Made by a program: the position numbers and the translations under genes. This document shows, piece by piece, positions 22,246-33,898 of a stretch of DNA of 64,000 nt (position 1 is the stretch's first letter; every line of letters begins with the position of its first letter). The stretch lies in assembly GCA_014905635.1 (NCBI GenBank), contig JABVCE010000037.1, positions 1 through 64,000 of the forward strand, given 5' to 3'. The stretch is from Scenedesmus sp. PABB004. Its lineage: Eukaryota. The notes under the pieces were generated by a model. That model was not told the origin of the DNA, searched no databases, and saw only the letters and a program-made list of their open reading frames with translations.

Positions 22246-23470
22246 GCCCGCGCCGGCCCCCGCGCGTGTGCTGGCTGGGCCTGGCGCCGGCTGCTCCTCG
22301 TAACGGCGCGCGCGGTCTAAGCACTCACACGGCGAGATCGTGTTGCCCTCGCGGACTCACTCGCGCTCACGAGATGCCCGCGCGCGCCGCCGCCACGGGC
22401 GCACCGCCGCCGAGCAACTCCCGACCCGCGCACGCGCGCGCACGCGCGCCCGCCATTCGCCCCAGCCCGAACCCCGCCTCGGCATGACAATGTGGGCGAC
22501 AGCGACGGCATCGTACAGCTCCCCAGGAGCAGCAAAAGTGTTGATAGAGGTACAGACTGCCGTACACGTGTGCCCCCCGTGCGCGCGCGCAGCTGCGCGC
22601 GGCCGCCCCTGCCCCCGCGCCACCGACCCCGCCCCGCCCCGTGCATGACATGACAAAAAAGAGGGCCCAGGCCCCGCCGAGACCGTCGTCGCGTGTTATA
22701 CACTTCAAAATTTGCGGCGGCGCCGCCCCCGAGGCTGACGGAAGAATGCGACTAGCGCGCCGGCAGGCGCGGCGTTGTACACAGCCGGAACAATGCGGCG
22801 GCGCGCGCCGCGGTGCGCGCGCACCATCATGGCGCCGCGCCGCCACCGCGAGCGCGCGGCGGCGGCGCGGGCCACTCACGGAAGCGGCGGCCGCCCGTGG
22901 GCGCTGCCGCCTCGCCGCCACGCCGCCTCGCCGCCGACACAGGCGGCGCGCAGCCGGCATTTCAACGCACGCGCGGCGCGCGCGCCGCTGCGGGCGCACC
23001 CTGCCGTGGGACACACAACGCAACACCACCACACGCGACGCACACACAGGCGCGGGGAACGCATCGAGTCAGCGCGGAACGCATCCAAGCCCCGCAGCGC
23101 CGGGGCTGCTTCATTGCAGTGCGCCGAGGAAAGGCGTGCCGGCGCCTCGGGCGCCGCGCGGCCGCGCCGCGCCCGTGGGCCGGCCGGCGTGCCGCGCGCA
23201 CGCCGCCGCAGCTCCCCCGCCTGCAGTGCACACACGCCGCTCCGCCCAGGTGCTGGTTATTGACCTCGGGTCGGGGCCGGATCATCTCGGCCGCCGCGGG
23301 GGCAGCGGGGGCCCCCGCCAGGCGACCCTGCCGCCCGCAGGCGCGCGCCCGCTGGCGCGCGCCCGCGGGCGCCGTCCCCCGCCAGGCGCGCCGCCCCGGC
23401 TGCGGTTGCCGCAGCCGCGGGGCGCTGCTGGCGCCGGCCGGGCGTCGCGGCCCGGCGCTGCGTGTCGCGC

Positions 23471-25738
23471 TCAGGTGGCGGGCGCCGCCGCCGGCGCGGC
23501 GGCGTCGCCCGCCCACTCGCTCGTGTGCTTGATGCAGCACAGCGGCAGCGCCGCGCCCAGCGCGGCGGCGGCCTGGTCCTGGCAGCCCACGAGGTCGAGG
23601 CGGCGCAGCTTGGCAAAGCCCGCAAACACGGCGGGGCGCAGCTCCGCGTGCACGACGTCGGGCGTGGAGAGCTTGAGGCTGCGCAGCCCCGCCAGCCCGC
23701 CCGCCGCGAGGCCGGCGAGGCAGGCCTGCGTGAGGCAGAGCGGCGCCTCGCGGTAGTCGCTCACGCTCAGGCTGGACAGCCGTGGCGCGCCCGCCGCGAG
23801 CGCCGCCAGGCCGTCGCCGCTCAGGCTCTGCCGGCCCGTGAGCACGAGCGTGAGCGCGCCGAGGCGCGGCGCGGCGCCCGCGAGCGCGGCGAGCAGGCCG
23901 TCGCTCAGCCCAAACGCGCCGTCCAGCACGAGGCTGGCCAGCGCGGGCAGCGCCGGCGCGGCGCCGCCGCGCAGCGCGAGCTTGACGGTGCTGATGGAGG
24001 TCAGGCTGAGCGCCGCGAGGCCGCGCGGCAGGTGCTCCAGGCTGAGCACGGTGCCCTCGAGGCTGCCGCTGCGGCGCCGCACGAGGCCGCCCGGCGCGGC
24101 CGCGGGCGGCGGCGCCTGGCCGAGCCAGGTGAGCGAGAGCGTCGCGAGCGCGCTGAAGCGCCACAGCTGGCGCAGCGCCTGCGTCGCGTTGTCGGCTGGC
24201 GAGAGGCGCAGGTGGAGATGCTCCAGGTCGGGCCACGCCTCGGCCATGGCCGCCACGGTGCTGGGCTGCAGCGGCGCGCGCCACGCGGGGTTGATGTGCA
24301 GGTGCAGGTGCCGCAGCCGGCGCAGGCCGAGCCAGGGCGCCCAGTCGAGCTCGCTGCTGGGCGCGCGCGGGCACTTGCACGTGAGGTGCAGCCGCGTCAG
24401 CCCGGCGCAGCCCGCGAGCGCGGCCACGTCCTCGCCGCTCGGCGGCGCGCGGAACTCCAGGTCCAGCCCCGACAGCGCGGCGCTCGCGCCGGGGCAGGCC
24501 ACGAGGCCCGCGATGGCGCCGCTGTCAGCTGCCTCGCGCACCGCGAGCGCGACCGACGCGAGGCCGGGCCCCGCGACCGCGCGCAGCAGCGCGCCGCCCC
24601 ACGCCGCGTCGGGCACGCCGAGCTCGAGCGCGAGCGCCGGCGCGGCGGGCCCGCGGCGCACGAGCGCGCGCAGGCCCGCGAGCGCGGGCAGCGCGAGGCT
24701 GTAGTCCACCGCGCCGGGCTTGGCCGAGCAGACCGCGAGGCGCGCGAGGCGCGGCAGGCCCGCGAGCGCGCCGAGCGTCGCGCCGGTGAAGGCGCGCGCG
24801 TGGCCGGGGAACTCGAGCGCCGCCAGGCCGCGCAGCGACGCGAGGCTCGCGACGTGCGCGTCGGTGAGGCCCGTCGACGCCTCGCTCGGCAGCACCACAA
24901 GCCGCTCCAGGCGCGACAGCCCCGCCAGGGCCGCGAAGCTGCACGCGTCGGGGTGGAAGTTGGCCTGCAGCGTCAGCGACCGCAGCGAGTGCAGGCCCGC
25001 CAGCGCGGCGAGGTGGCGGGCCTCAAACTGCTGCCCCGGGTTGTTGAACAGCAGCACCAGCTCCTCCAGGCACACCAGCCGGCAGCACGCCTCGCGCATG
25101 GCCGCCTCAAACTGCGCGGCGCGGTGGTGGCGAGACGACGGCGGTCGGCGGCGCCCGGCGCGCGCGCGCGCGGTCCGCTGCTGCTGCTGGCCGCCGCGCC
25201 GCGCGCCGCGCGGTCCGCTGCGCGCGCGCCGCCGCCGCCGCGCACACGCGCGGCCCCACACACCTGGGCCAGCGAGACGGCGGGCGAGACATGGTACGTG
25301 AGCTTGCGGATGCGCGGGCAGCGCCGGAAGAACAGCTCCTTGCGCGCACGCGGCGCGCCGTCGTCAACGGCGTCGGGCCCCAGGTCGATCTCCGCTTCCA
25401 CCGCGCTCAGCGTGGCGGTGCCGGCCCACTCCTTGCACACCGTGCGCAGCGGCAGGGCGTGCGCGACATCGCCGAGGTGCTGCCCGACCTGCGCCGGGCG
25501 CGGGGCGGGGGTGAGCGGCCTCCCCGCACGCGCCCGGGCCTCGCGCGCGCCCCCACGGCCCGCCAGCGCGTCTCGGGCGCGGGCGGGGGCGCGCGGGAGC
25601 CATCTCGGTTGCGGGGATGCCCCGCTGGCACGGCCCGTGGCCGCGGCCGCGCCGAGGCCGCCGCGCCGCCCGCGCGCGCCGCCCAGCGCCTGCCCGGCAC
25701 CTCACCTCAGCGCCCAGCACCGACAGGACGCTATGCAT
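23471..25738 (-). CDS. F-box-like / leucine-rich repeat protein (3 exons)
   Basis: N-terminal ...ALPLRTVCKEW, followed by many LxxLxxLxL repeats (LHSLRSLTL, LSRLERLVV, LRRLRHLHL, WPDLEHLHL, FAKLRRLDL). Confidence 0.8.
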
Positions 25739-26209
25739 CAACGCGGCGAGCGGCGGGGCAGATCTATTGCTGAGGGCCGGCTCGGCCAGCGCCCTGGTGC
25801 GGCGGGGGCCTGCGCGGGCTCCGGCGTGCGGCGGCGGGCGCTCTCGCCGGTCGGGGAGCCGGCAATGGGCGTCCTGCGGCAGCCCGGGGGGAGAAAGCGA
25901 GCTGGTGTCTAGAAGTGCGTTTGCTAGGAGTGCGTGGGCGGGCTAGGGAGGTGGGGAGGTGTCGTGGTCGTTTGGAACTGGCGCTGGCGAGGGCGGGAGC
26001 GCGCGCATGCGCGGGAGCTCAGGGCAAGGGTTTGTGGCAGAACGTGACCCTCGCGTGCGCCCTCGCGCACCCGCTCGCGGCCCCGCTCAGCTCCCGCCGC
26101 CGCGCGCCTGGGCGGCCCGCGCGCCGGCCCGCCGACGCCGCGCTGGCCCCTGCGCGCTGGCGCGGCGCGCGGCGCGGCGGCGGTCGCCCCGGCACCCGGC
26201 ACCAAGCAG

Positions 26210-27022
26210 TCACAGCTTGCTCTGCAGCTGCGGCAGGAGCAGGTCATAGTGGGCTCCGCTCCAAAGGAGGTGCAGGGGCGGCGTGCTGCGCAGGTCCTCG
26301 CCGTACGTCACGATGTGCGCCGGCGGGCCGCCCCGGGGCGCCGCCGCCCACACGGCGATGGGGCGCTGCAGCACGCGCGAGGCGAGCACGAGCTCGGGCT
26401 CGCCGCCCCAGGTCGTGGGGCGGGCCATGGCGTCGCAGTAGGCGTCAAAGTCGTCAGCGATGCCAGGAAGGAACGGCTCCCACTCCCTGCGCGGGCGCCG
26501 GCGCGCGGCGTGAGCGCCGGCGGGCGGCGCGCATGCGGCCAGCGCGCAGCACGAGCGCCGGCGTGCAGCGGGGGGTGCCCCCCACACCCCCCCCCCCCCC
26601 CCCCCCCCCCCGCACTCGCGTGACGCGCGGAGCTCGGCCACGACGTTGGCGCGCAGCCGCAGCGCCGCCGCGAGCTCCTGCTCGGCCGGCAGCGCCGCGC
26701 CGCCGTGGCCCAGCTGGTGGTGCCCCTGCGCGCACGCCCTGAACAAGCAACTGCCGTCGCCCGTGATGCCCCAGCGCTTGAACGCCCCCGCCGCCGCCGC
26801 GAGTGCGCTGACGGCGCTGGCCGGCCCCGCCGCCTCGGGGCCCTGGCTCGCGGCCCGCACGAGCTGCAGGCGGTGCGCTGGCGGCGCCTGCTGCTGTGGT
26901 GCCACCGACGCCAGCGGCGGCCGGCGCGCGCCCCGGCGCGCCGGTGGGGCGCCGCGCAGCGCCGCGCACGCAGCCGGCCGCACTGCCGCCACGCGGCCGG
27001 GGGCCAGGTGCCCGCAGAGCAT
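26210..27022 (-). CDS. OTU-domain cysteine protease (deubiquitinase family) with a transit-peptide-like N-terminus
   Basis: ITGDGSCLFRA, TWGGEPEL, HYDLL catalytic motifs; one intron containing a poly-G run. Confidence 0.9.
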   Translation of the reverse strand: MLCGHLAPGRVAAVRPAACAALRGAPPARRGARRPPLASVAPQQQAPPAHRLQLVRAASQGPEAAGPASAVSALAAAAGAFKRWGITGDGSCLFRACAQGHHQLGHGGAALPAEQELAAALRLRANVVAELRASRECGGGGGGGGVWGAPPAARRRSCCALAACAPPAGAHAARRRPRREWEPFLPGIADDFDAYCDAMARPTTWGGEPELVLASRVLQRPIAVWAAAPRGGPPAHIVTYGEDLRSTPPLHLLWSGAHYDLLLPQLQSKL

Positions 27023-27363
27023 CCCGCTGCCGCGCGTCGTGGCCAGGCGGGTGGAGGCGGGTGCGGCGACGAACAGTGGGAGCTGGTCAGCGTTGGCGCG
27101 CTTGCATGCGAGCGCGGCAGCAGCAGCGGCGGTGCGCCGGCGGCGTCGGTGCTTGCTGCGAGCACGGGCGCGTGTGAGTGCGCGACGGGCGGGATGTTCG
27201 CGCAATGAGAGCGGGGGCGCCACAGTTGGAGGCACACGCCGCAGAACCGCGCTGGCCGCCGGTGCCGCCGCTCTTCTGCTCGCCGCGCCGGCAAGCTGCG
27301 ACCCAGTCCGCCCGCCCAACACCGCTGTCTGCACCCGCCTGTCGCGCCCGCTGCAGCTGGTTC

Positions 27364-28628
27364 ATGCGCGCCGCCGCCGCTGTGAGCGTGCGCCGCTGGA
27401 CCTCGCCGGCGCACCGCCAGCTGGCGATGGCGACGAGCTCGGCGGCCAGCGGCGCAGAGGCGCAGCAGCACAAGCGCATCGTGCGCGGCGTGGTGGTGAG
27501 GGCCGCGCCGCGCCGGCAGTTCCCCAGCAGCAGCGCAGCGCCCTCGCCCCGCACGCCGTTCACCGCGCTCCGCGCAGTTTGACATGGACGGGACGCTGAC
27601 GGTCCCAGTCATCGACTTTCAGTACATGCGCCAGGTCGGCGACCCCGCAGGGGGGGGGGGTGCCGCCGCACCCCTGCCCCTGCGCCGCGCCTCGCATGCT
27701 TTGCCCCGCGGCGGCGGGGGTGCCGGCGTGCCCCTGCCCCTGCGCCGCGCCTCGCACGCTGCGCCCGGCCGGCCGCCGTGCCGCCGCGCGGCCGCGCGCT
27801 GAGCTGCGCTCCGCCCTCGCTCGCTGCGCCGTGCAGCGCGTCGGCGTCGGCCCGACCGGCGACATTCTCGACGTCATCGCCTCGTGGCCGCCCGAGGAGC
27901 AGGCGGCCGCGCACGCAGCAATCGCGGAGATTGAGGAGCAGGCGCTGCGGGACATGCAGGCGCGGCGGCGGCGGCGGCGGCCGAGGGCCCCCGCGTGCGC
28001 CGCGCCCGCGCCGGGCCGCGCGCGGCCCGCCGCCTCCGCCCCTCACCCGCCCCACCCTCCTGGGCCGGCCGGCAGGCGATGCCGGGGCTGGTGGAGCTGT
28101 GCAGCTGGCTGGACGGCGCAGGCATCCCACGCGGGCTCATCACGCGCAACGTGCTCGCCTCTGTGAGGTATTTCCATGACCACCACCTGCCGCTGCCGCC
28201 CTTCGTGCCCGCGATCAGCCGGGAGTGCGCGCACCCGTACAAGTGCGCGCGGCGGGGGCGCACGTGCGCGTGGCGGCGGCCGGGCAGCGTTGAACGCCCC
28301 CGCGCGCGCGCGCCCCCGGGTGCCACGCGTCCCGGCCGCCGCCCGTCGCAGGCCGAGCCCCGCGGCGCTCCTGCACATCTGCTCGGTCTGGGGCATCGCG
28401 CCGGGCGAGGTGGTCATGGTGGGGGACAGCAAGGCGGACGACGTGGTGTGCGGGAACCGCGCGGGCGCGGTCAGCGTGCTGCTCGACACGCAGGGCCGCT
28501 TCACAGGCCTGGACGACCCGCAGCTGCAGGGCGAGTGCGCGCCGGCGGCGATCGTGAGGAGCCTGACCGAGTTCCAGGCGCTGCTGGCGCAGGCGTTTGA
28601 CTGCCGGCCGCCCGAGCGCGCGGCGTGA
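27364..28628 (+). CDS. HAD-superfamily hydrolase (5 exons; start codon uncertain)
   Basis: RGVV|FDMDGTLTVPVIDF, GLITRN, YK|PSPA, MVGDSKADDVVCGNRAG. Confidence 0.9.
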
Positions 28629-28820
28629 CTCGGGCGCGGCGTGCACGCGGCGTCAGCGTGTGCGCGCCTGAACCGCGGCGGCGGTTGGCAAACGCCCGCC
28701 CGCTCATGAATCCCGCATTCCCAGCGCCTCCCCCGATCCGTGTGGGACCAGCCGGCGCACCGCGGACCAGCCGGCGGTAAAGCGCACCGACCCCCAGCGC
28801 GGCCCGGCGACGGCCGCGAG

Positions 28821-31277
28821 ATGGCGGCGAGCTCGCCCTCGCCGACGAAGGCGAGGGACCTGCAGGCGGAGCTGCAGAAGCTCCAGGTGCGGCGTGCCGG
28901 ACTGCGCGCGTCACGTCCGCGCGGGTGCGGGCCTGCCTGGGCCGGCGGCGGCGGGCGCAGCAACGCGCGCGCGCTGCTGCCGCGGCGCGGCGCAGGAGGT
29001 GGTGAAGAGCATGGACCCCGCGGAGATGCAGGCCACCGTCAGCAAGGTGCGCGCTCGCGCCAGCAGCGGCGGGCGCGTCAGCGGCTGCCCGTGCGGAGAA
29101 TGGCGCCCTGGCGGCGCTGCTGCCGCCGCCGCCAACCGCCGCGCCCGCCGCGCGGCCGCGCGCGGCCGCAGCTCACGGACCAGGTGCAGGCGATCAACAG
29201 CAAGCTACAGGCCTCCATCGCCACGCTCAGCGGCGACGGCAGCGGCGCAGCCGCTGTTTCACCCGCGGCGCCGCCCGCGGCGCCCGCGGCGCTGCGCGGC
29301 AAGATTGCTGTGATGAGCGCCGAGGTGGTTGACAGCAACCCCTACAGCCGGCTCATGGCGCTGCAGCGCATGGGCATCGTCAAGGACTACGAGCGCATCC
29401 GCACCAAGACGGTGACCCCGCTGAGCGGCAGCGCAGCACGGGCGGCCGGCGCAGCAGGCGCGCGGCGCGCGGCGCGCGGCGGCGGCGGCTGAACCAGCGC
29501 GCGACGCGCGGCGGCGGCGCCCACACGCAGGTCGCGATCGTCGGCGTGGGCGGCGTGGGCAGCGTGGCGGCGGAGATGCTCACGCGCTGCGGCGTGGGCC
29601 GGCTGCTGCTCTACGGTGCGGCGCGGCAGCGCCACGCCGCGGCGGCAGCGCGCGCGGCCCTGGGCGCGCCTCATGACGCGCGCCCGCCGTCGTGCGCCCG
29701 CCCGCCCCTGTGCCCGCGCGCCCGTGCCCCCGCCAGACTACGACAAAGTCGAGCAGGCCAACATGAACCGCCTCTTCTTCCGGCCCGAGCAGTGCGGCAT
29801 GACCAAGACAGACGCAGCCGCCGCCACGCTCAGTGCGCGCCGCCGCCGCCGCTCTGCCGCTCGGCCGCCGCCGCGCGGCCGCCGCGCGGCGCGCCGCGGC
29901 GTGTCGCGGCGCCGCGCCTCACGCCCCGCGCCGCGCCGCGCGCATGTGTGTGCGTGTCCCCACTACAGGCGCGATCAACCCGGACGTGTGCATTGAGAGC
30001 TTCACCATGAACATCACCACGGTGGCGGGCTTTGACGCGTTCAAGGCGAGCGTGACGCACCCCGACACCGGCGCGAGCCGCGTCGACCTCATCCTCTCCT
30101 GCGTGGACAACTACGAGGCGCGCATCACCATCAACCAGGCGCGGCGCAGCGCGGCGCGGCGGGTGCAACGCGCGCGGCGCACACAGAGCTGGCGGCGCGC
30201 GCGCGGGCGGGGCGCGCGCCGCGCTGAGCGGCCGGGGGCGTGCGCGTGCGCAGGTGGCGCTGGAGCTGGGGCAGACCTGGATGGAGAGCGGCGTGAGCGA
30301 GGACGCGGTGAGCGGGCACATCCAGACGCTCATGCCCGGCGAGACGGCGTGCTTCCAGTGCGTGCCGCCGCTGGTGGTCGCGAGCGGCATCGACGAGCGC
30401 ACGCTCAAGCGCGAGGGCGTGTGCGCGGCCAGCCTGCCGACCACCATGGGTGCGCGGCGCGGCGCCCGCCGCCGCCGGGCGCGCACCCGCGCGCGCGCGC
30501 GCTCGCCCGCGCCGCCGCGCCCGGCCGCGCGTCACGCCGCCACCGCCGAGGGCGCGCAGGCATCGTGGCGGGGCTGCTGGTGCAGAACGCGCTGAAGCAC
30601 ATGCTCGAGTTTGGCACCGTCACGCCCTACCTCGGCTACAACAGCCTCGCCGACTTCTTTCCGTCCATGGCCATCAAGCCCAACGTCTCCTGCGCCAACG
30701 CCCGCTGCGTCGACGCGCAGGCCGCGCACCAGGTGCGGCGGCGGCGACGCGCGCGCGGCGGGGCAGCGCGCGGCGGGGCAGCGCGCGGCGGGGCAGCGCG
30801 CGGCGGGGCAGCGCGCGGCGGGGCAGCGCGGCGGGGCAGCGCGCGGCGGGGCAGCGCGGCGGGTTTTAGGCGCGCGCGCCGCCGCGCTCACGCCGCCCGC
30901 CGGCGCCGCGCGGCGGCGCGCCTGCCGCGCAGGCGCGCATCAACAGCCCGGAGGCGCGCGCCGCGGCCGAGGCGGCGGCCGCCGCCGCCGCGGCGGAGGA
31001 GGCCGCGTCGGTGCCGGTGCACGAGGAGAATGACTGGGGCATCGAGGTCGTGCCCGCCGACGGCGCCGCGAACGGCGGCGGCGGCGGCGACGCGCCGGGC
31101 AGCGCCGCGGCGCATGCGGCGGGCGGCGGCGGCGGCGGCGAGGCGCTGCCGGCGGGGCTGACGTTTGCGATGCCCGCGGCGGACGTCGACGCGGAACAGC
31201 TGGCCGCCGACGCGGTCGCGCCGACCGACGCGAGCGTGGACGAGCTCGCCGGCATGCTGGCGGCGATGGCAAAGTGA
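28821..31277 (+). CDS. UBA5: UFM1-activating E1 enzyme
   Basis: [76 protein letters not shown]-terminal ENDWGIEVV. Confidence 0.97.
30751..30870. repeat. Intronic 15-bp minisatellite (GCGCGCGGCGGGGCA, about 7 units) ending in GGGTTTTAGG
   Basis: Directly visible in the last UBA5 intron. Confidence 0.9.
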
Positions 31278-31365
31278 CGCGCACGGGGCACGGGGCACGG
31301 TAACGCAGCCGTTACCCGCGCGTCGCACAGCTGCGCTCGCTGCGCGTGCGCCCGGCGCGCCGCTG

Positions 31366-33630
31366 CTACCGCTGCGCCTGCGGCGGCGGGGCGATGACGG
31401 TGAGGCCGCCCAGGAAGGGCACGAGCGGCGGCGGCACGGCCACGCTGCCGTCGGGCTGCTGGAAGTTCTCCAGGATCGCCACGATCATGCGCGGCACCGC
31501 GCACGCGGTCGCATTGAGCGTGTGGCAGAACGCCGTCGCGCCGCCCTTGCCGCCCTTGCCGCCCTTCTTGGCGCCGCCGCCCTTGGCGCCGTCGTCGGCG
31601 CCGCCGGCGCCGCGCGGGCGGTAGCGTATGTTGAGCCGGCGCGCCTGGTAGTCTGTGCAGTTGCTCGCGCTGCTGATCTCGCCGTACCGCCCCAGGCCCG
31701 GCATCCACGCCTCCACGTCGTACTTGCGGTACGCCGGCGCGCCGAGGTCGCCGCTCGGCATGTCCAGCACCTGCGCGCGTGGGGCGGCGGCGGCGGCGCG
31801 TCGGGGAGCGGCGGGATGTGCGCGTGCAGCGGGCCCGGCGCGCGGCGCCGCCGCTGCGAGGGCTGGCGCGGGGAGCGCGGGGGGCGCGGGGGGCGGCGCG
31901 CCTTGAAGTGCAGCCCCAGCTCCGTGAAGAGCTCCTGCTCGATCGCGATCAGCTCGGCGTGCAGCGCCTCGCTCTGCTCCGGCGTGCACACGACAAACAT
32001 CTCGACCTGCGCGGCCGGGCGCGCCGGGGTGTCGCGGGCGGGCCCGGCGGCGGCGGCGGCACGGGGCGCGGCGGCGCAGCCGGCGGCAGCGGCATGGCGG
32101 CGCGGCAGCGCAGCGCGTTCCGCGTGCCTTGGTGAACTGGTGCACGCGGTAGAGTCCCTTGCTCGCCGCGCCCGCGGCGCCGGCCTCGGTGCGGAAGCAC
32201 CGCCCGTACGCGACCATGCGCAGCGGCAGCTCCGCCTCGCTCAGCACGCGGTCCATCGCCACGCCCGCGAGCGGCACCTCTGCGGTGCCCGTCAGGCACA
32301 GCGGGCTGCCAGCGACGCTGTACACCTGGCGACGGCACGGCGCGGGCGCGGGCGGCGTGAGCGGGGCGCGGGCGGCGTGAGCGGGGCGCGGGCCGCCGCC
32401 GCCGCCGTCGCCGCCGCCGCCGCCGCCGCCGCGCGCGCGGGGCGCGGCCGCCGCCCTCCCCCGCACCTGCGTGTTCTCCATGCGCGGCTGGAAGCCGCAC
32501 TTCTCGAGCACGTCCACGCGCACGAGGTCGGGCGTCGCGAGCGGGGCAAAGCCCTTGGCCGTGACGCGCGACACCGCCCAGTTGACCAGCGCCAGCTCCA
32601 GCAGCGCGCCCGCGCCGCGGAGGTAGTAGAACTTTGACCCGGACACCGCGGCGGCGGTGTCAAAGTCGAGCACACCAAGCGCCTCGCCCAGGGCGACGTG
32701 GTCGCGCGGCGCAAAGTCAAACGCGCGCTGCTCGCCCACCTGCGCGCGCGCGCGGCGGGCGGGCGCCGGCGGCGGGCCGGTGGCGGTGGGCGGCTGTCGG
32801 CGCTGCGGCCACGAGCCGCCGGCGCGCGCCGCGCCGCCGCCGCGCACCGTGGCCAGCACCGCCGCGTTCTCCTCCGCGCCGATCGGCGCGTCGGGGTGCG
32901 TGAGGTTGGGGATGCGCTGCCCCTCCACCTGCAGCGCGTTCTCGGCCTGCGCCAGCTGCGCCTCCAGCTCCTCCAGCTGCTGCTTCAGCTCCTGGCCCTT
33001 GGCGATGAGCGCCGCGCGCGCGTCCGGCTCGAGCTTGCCCTGCACACGCGGCGGCGAGTGCGGCGCCGGCGGCGCCGGCGGCGCGAGGCTCAGCCGCCGC
33101 GGCGCGGCGCGCTGCGGCCGGCTCCAGGCGCCGGGGCCAATGCGACGCGCCGCCCGGCCGCCCGGCCGGCGCGGCGCGGCGCGCGCGGGCAGCGGCGCGG
33201 CGCTGCTGCCGGCGCTGGCGCGGCGCCGGCGGCCCAATTGGCGCCCCCGCGGGCGTCCCACCTTCATGGCCGCGCTGTTCTCGTTGCGTGAGGCGCGCAG
33301 CGAGTCGCTGCGGGCCTTGAGCGCGACGTACTCGTCGTAGAGGCGCGCCACGAGGGCGGGGTCGGCCCTGCTGTCGCGCACCCGGCAGTTCTCGGCCACC
33401 GCCGCCAGGTTGTCCTTGATGAACCGGAAGTCAAGGTTCACCTTGTACGCCGGCACCGGCGCGGGCGGCCCCGCGGCGCTGCTGGCGCCGGGCGACGCGG
33501 GCGCCTCCGCCACCGCGCCCGCTGGCGCCGCGGCGAGGGCCGCCAGGCAGCGCCGAGGGTGCGCAGGGCATGCCCGCGCGCCCACGGCACGCGCGAGCAG
33601 GCGGCCGCGCGAGAGGCGCTGCAGCAGCAT
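31366..33630 (-). CDS. SerRS: Organellar seryl-tRNA synthetase
   Basis: [95 protein letters not shown]; transit-peptide-like N-terminus. Confidence 0.97.
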   Translation of the reverse strand: MLLQRLSRGRLLARAVGARACPAHPRRCLAALAAAPAGAVAEAPASPGASSAAGPPAPVPAYKVNLDFRFIKDNLAAVAENCRVRDSRADPALVARLYDEYVALKARSDSLRASRNENSAAMKVGRPRGRQLGRRRRASAGSSAAPLPARAAPRRPGGRAARRIGPGAWSRPQRAAPRRLSLAPPAPPAPHSPPRVQGKLEPDARAALIAKGQELKQQLEELEAQLAQAENALQVEGQRIPNLTHPDAPIGAEENAAVLATVRGGGAARAGGSWPQRRQPPTATGPPPAPARRARAQVGEQRAFDFAPRDHVALGEALGVLDFDTAAAVSGSKFYYLRGAGALLELALVNWAVSRVTAKGFAPLATPDLVRVDVLEKCGFQPRMENTQVRGRAAAAPRARGGGGGGGDGGGGGPRPAHAARAPLTPPAPAPCRRQVYSVAGSPLCLTGTAEVPLAGVAMDRVLSEAELPLRMVAYGRCFRTEAGAAGAASKGLYRVHQFTKARGTRCAAAPPCRCRRLRRRAPCRRRRRARPRHPGAPGRAGRDVCRVHAGAERGAARRADRDRAGALHGAGAALQGAPPPAPPALPAPALAAAAPRAGPAARAHPAAPRRAAAAAPRAQVLDMPSGDLGAPAYRKYDVEAWMPGLGRYGEISSASNCTDYQARRLNIRYRPRGAGGADDGAKGGGAKKGGKGGKGGATAFCHTLNATACAVPRMIVAILENFQQPDGSVAVPPPLVPFLGGLTVIAPPPQAQR

Positions 33631-33898
33631 GGCCACTAGATTGCGGCGGCCGCGGCGCGCTGCCGGGCGGGCCTGGCGCGGCGGCTGGCGGCGCGCCGGG
33701 TGGGGGTGCGCGGAGCGCGTGTCTAAGCGGGGCGGCCAGCCCCGTCCGTCGCCTGGCGCCGTCACCGCGGCGCAGCACCGCGCGCGCAGCACCCCGCGCC
33801 GCGCCCGGCCAACTCCCCGTCGCCGCCGCAGCGACCCCGCAACGCGCCTCGTGTCCACCACACGGCTCCCTGACCCTGGCCTTGGCCCCTCGCCGCGC

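Noticed and set aside
27656..27760. 60-bp-period direct repeat in a HAD intron and other short GC repeats as CRISPR-like arrays
   Set aside because: Two copies only, intronic, no spacer structure or cas genes; eukaryotic context.
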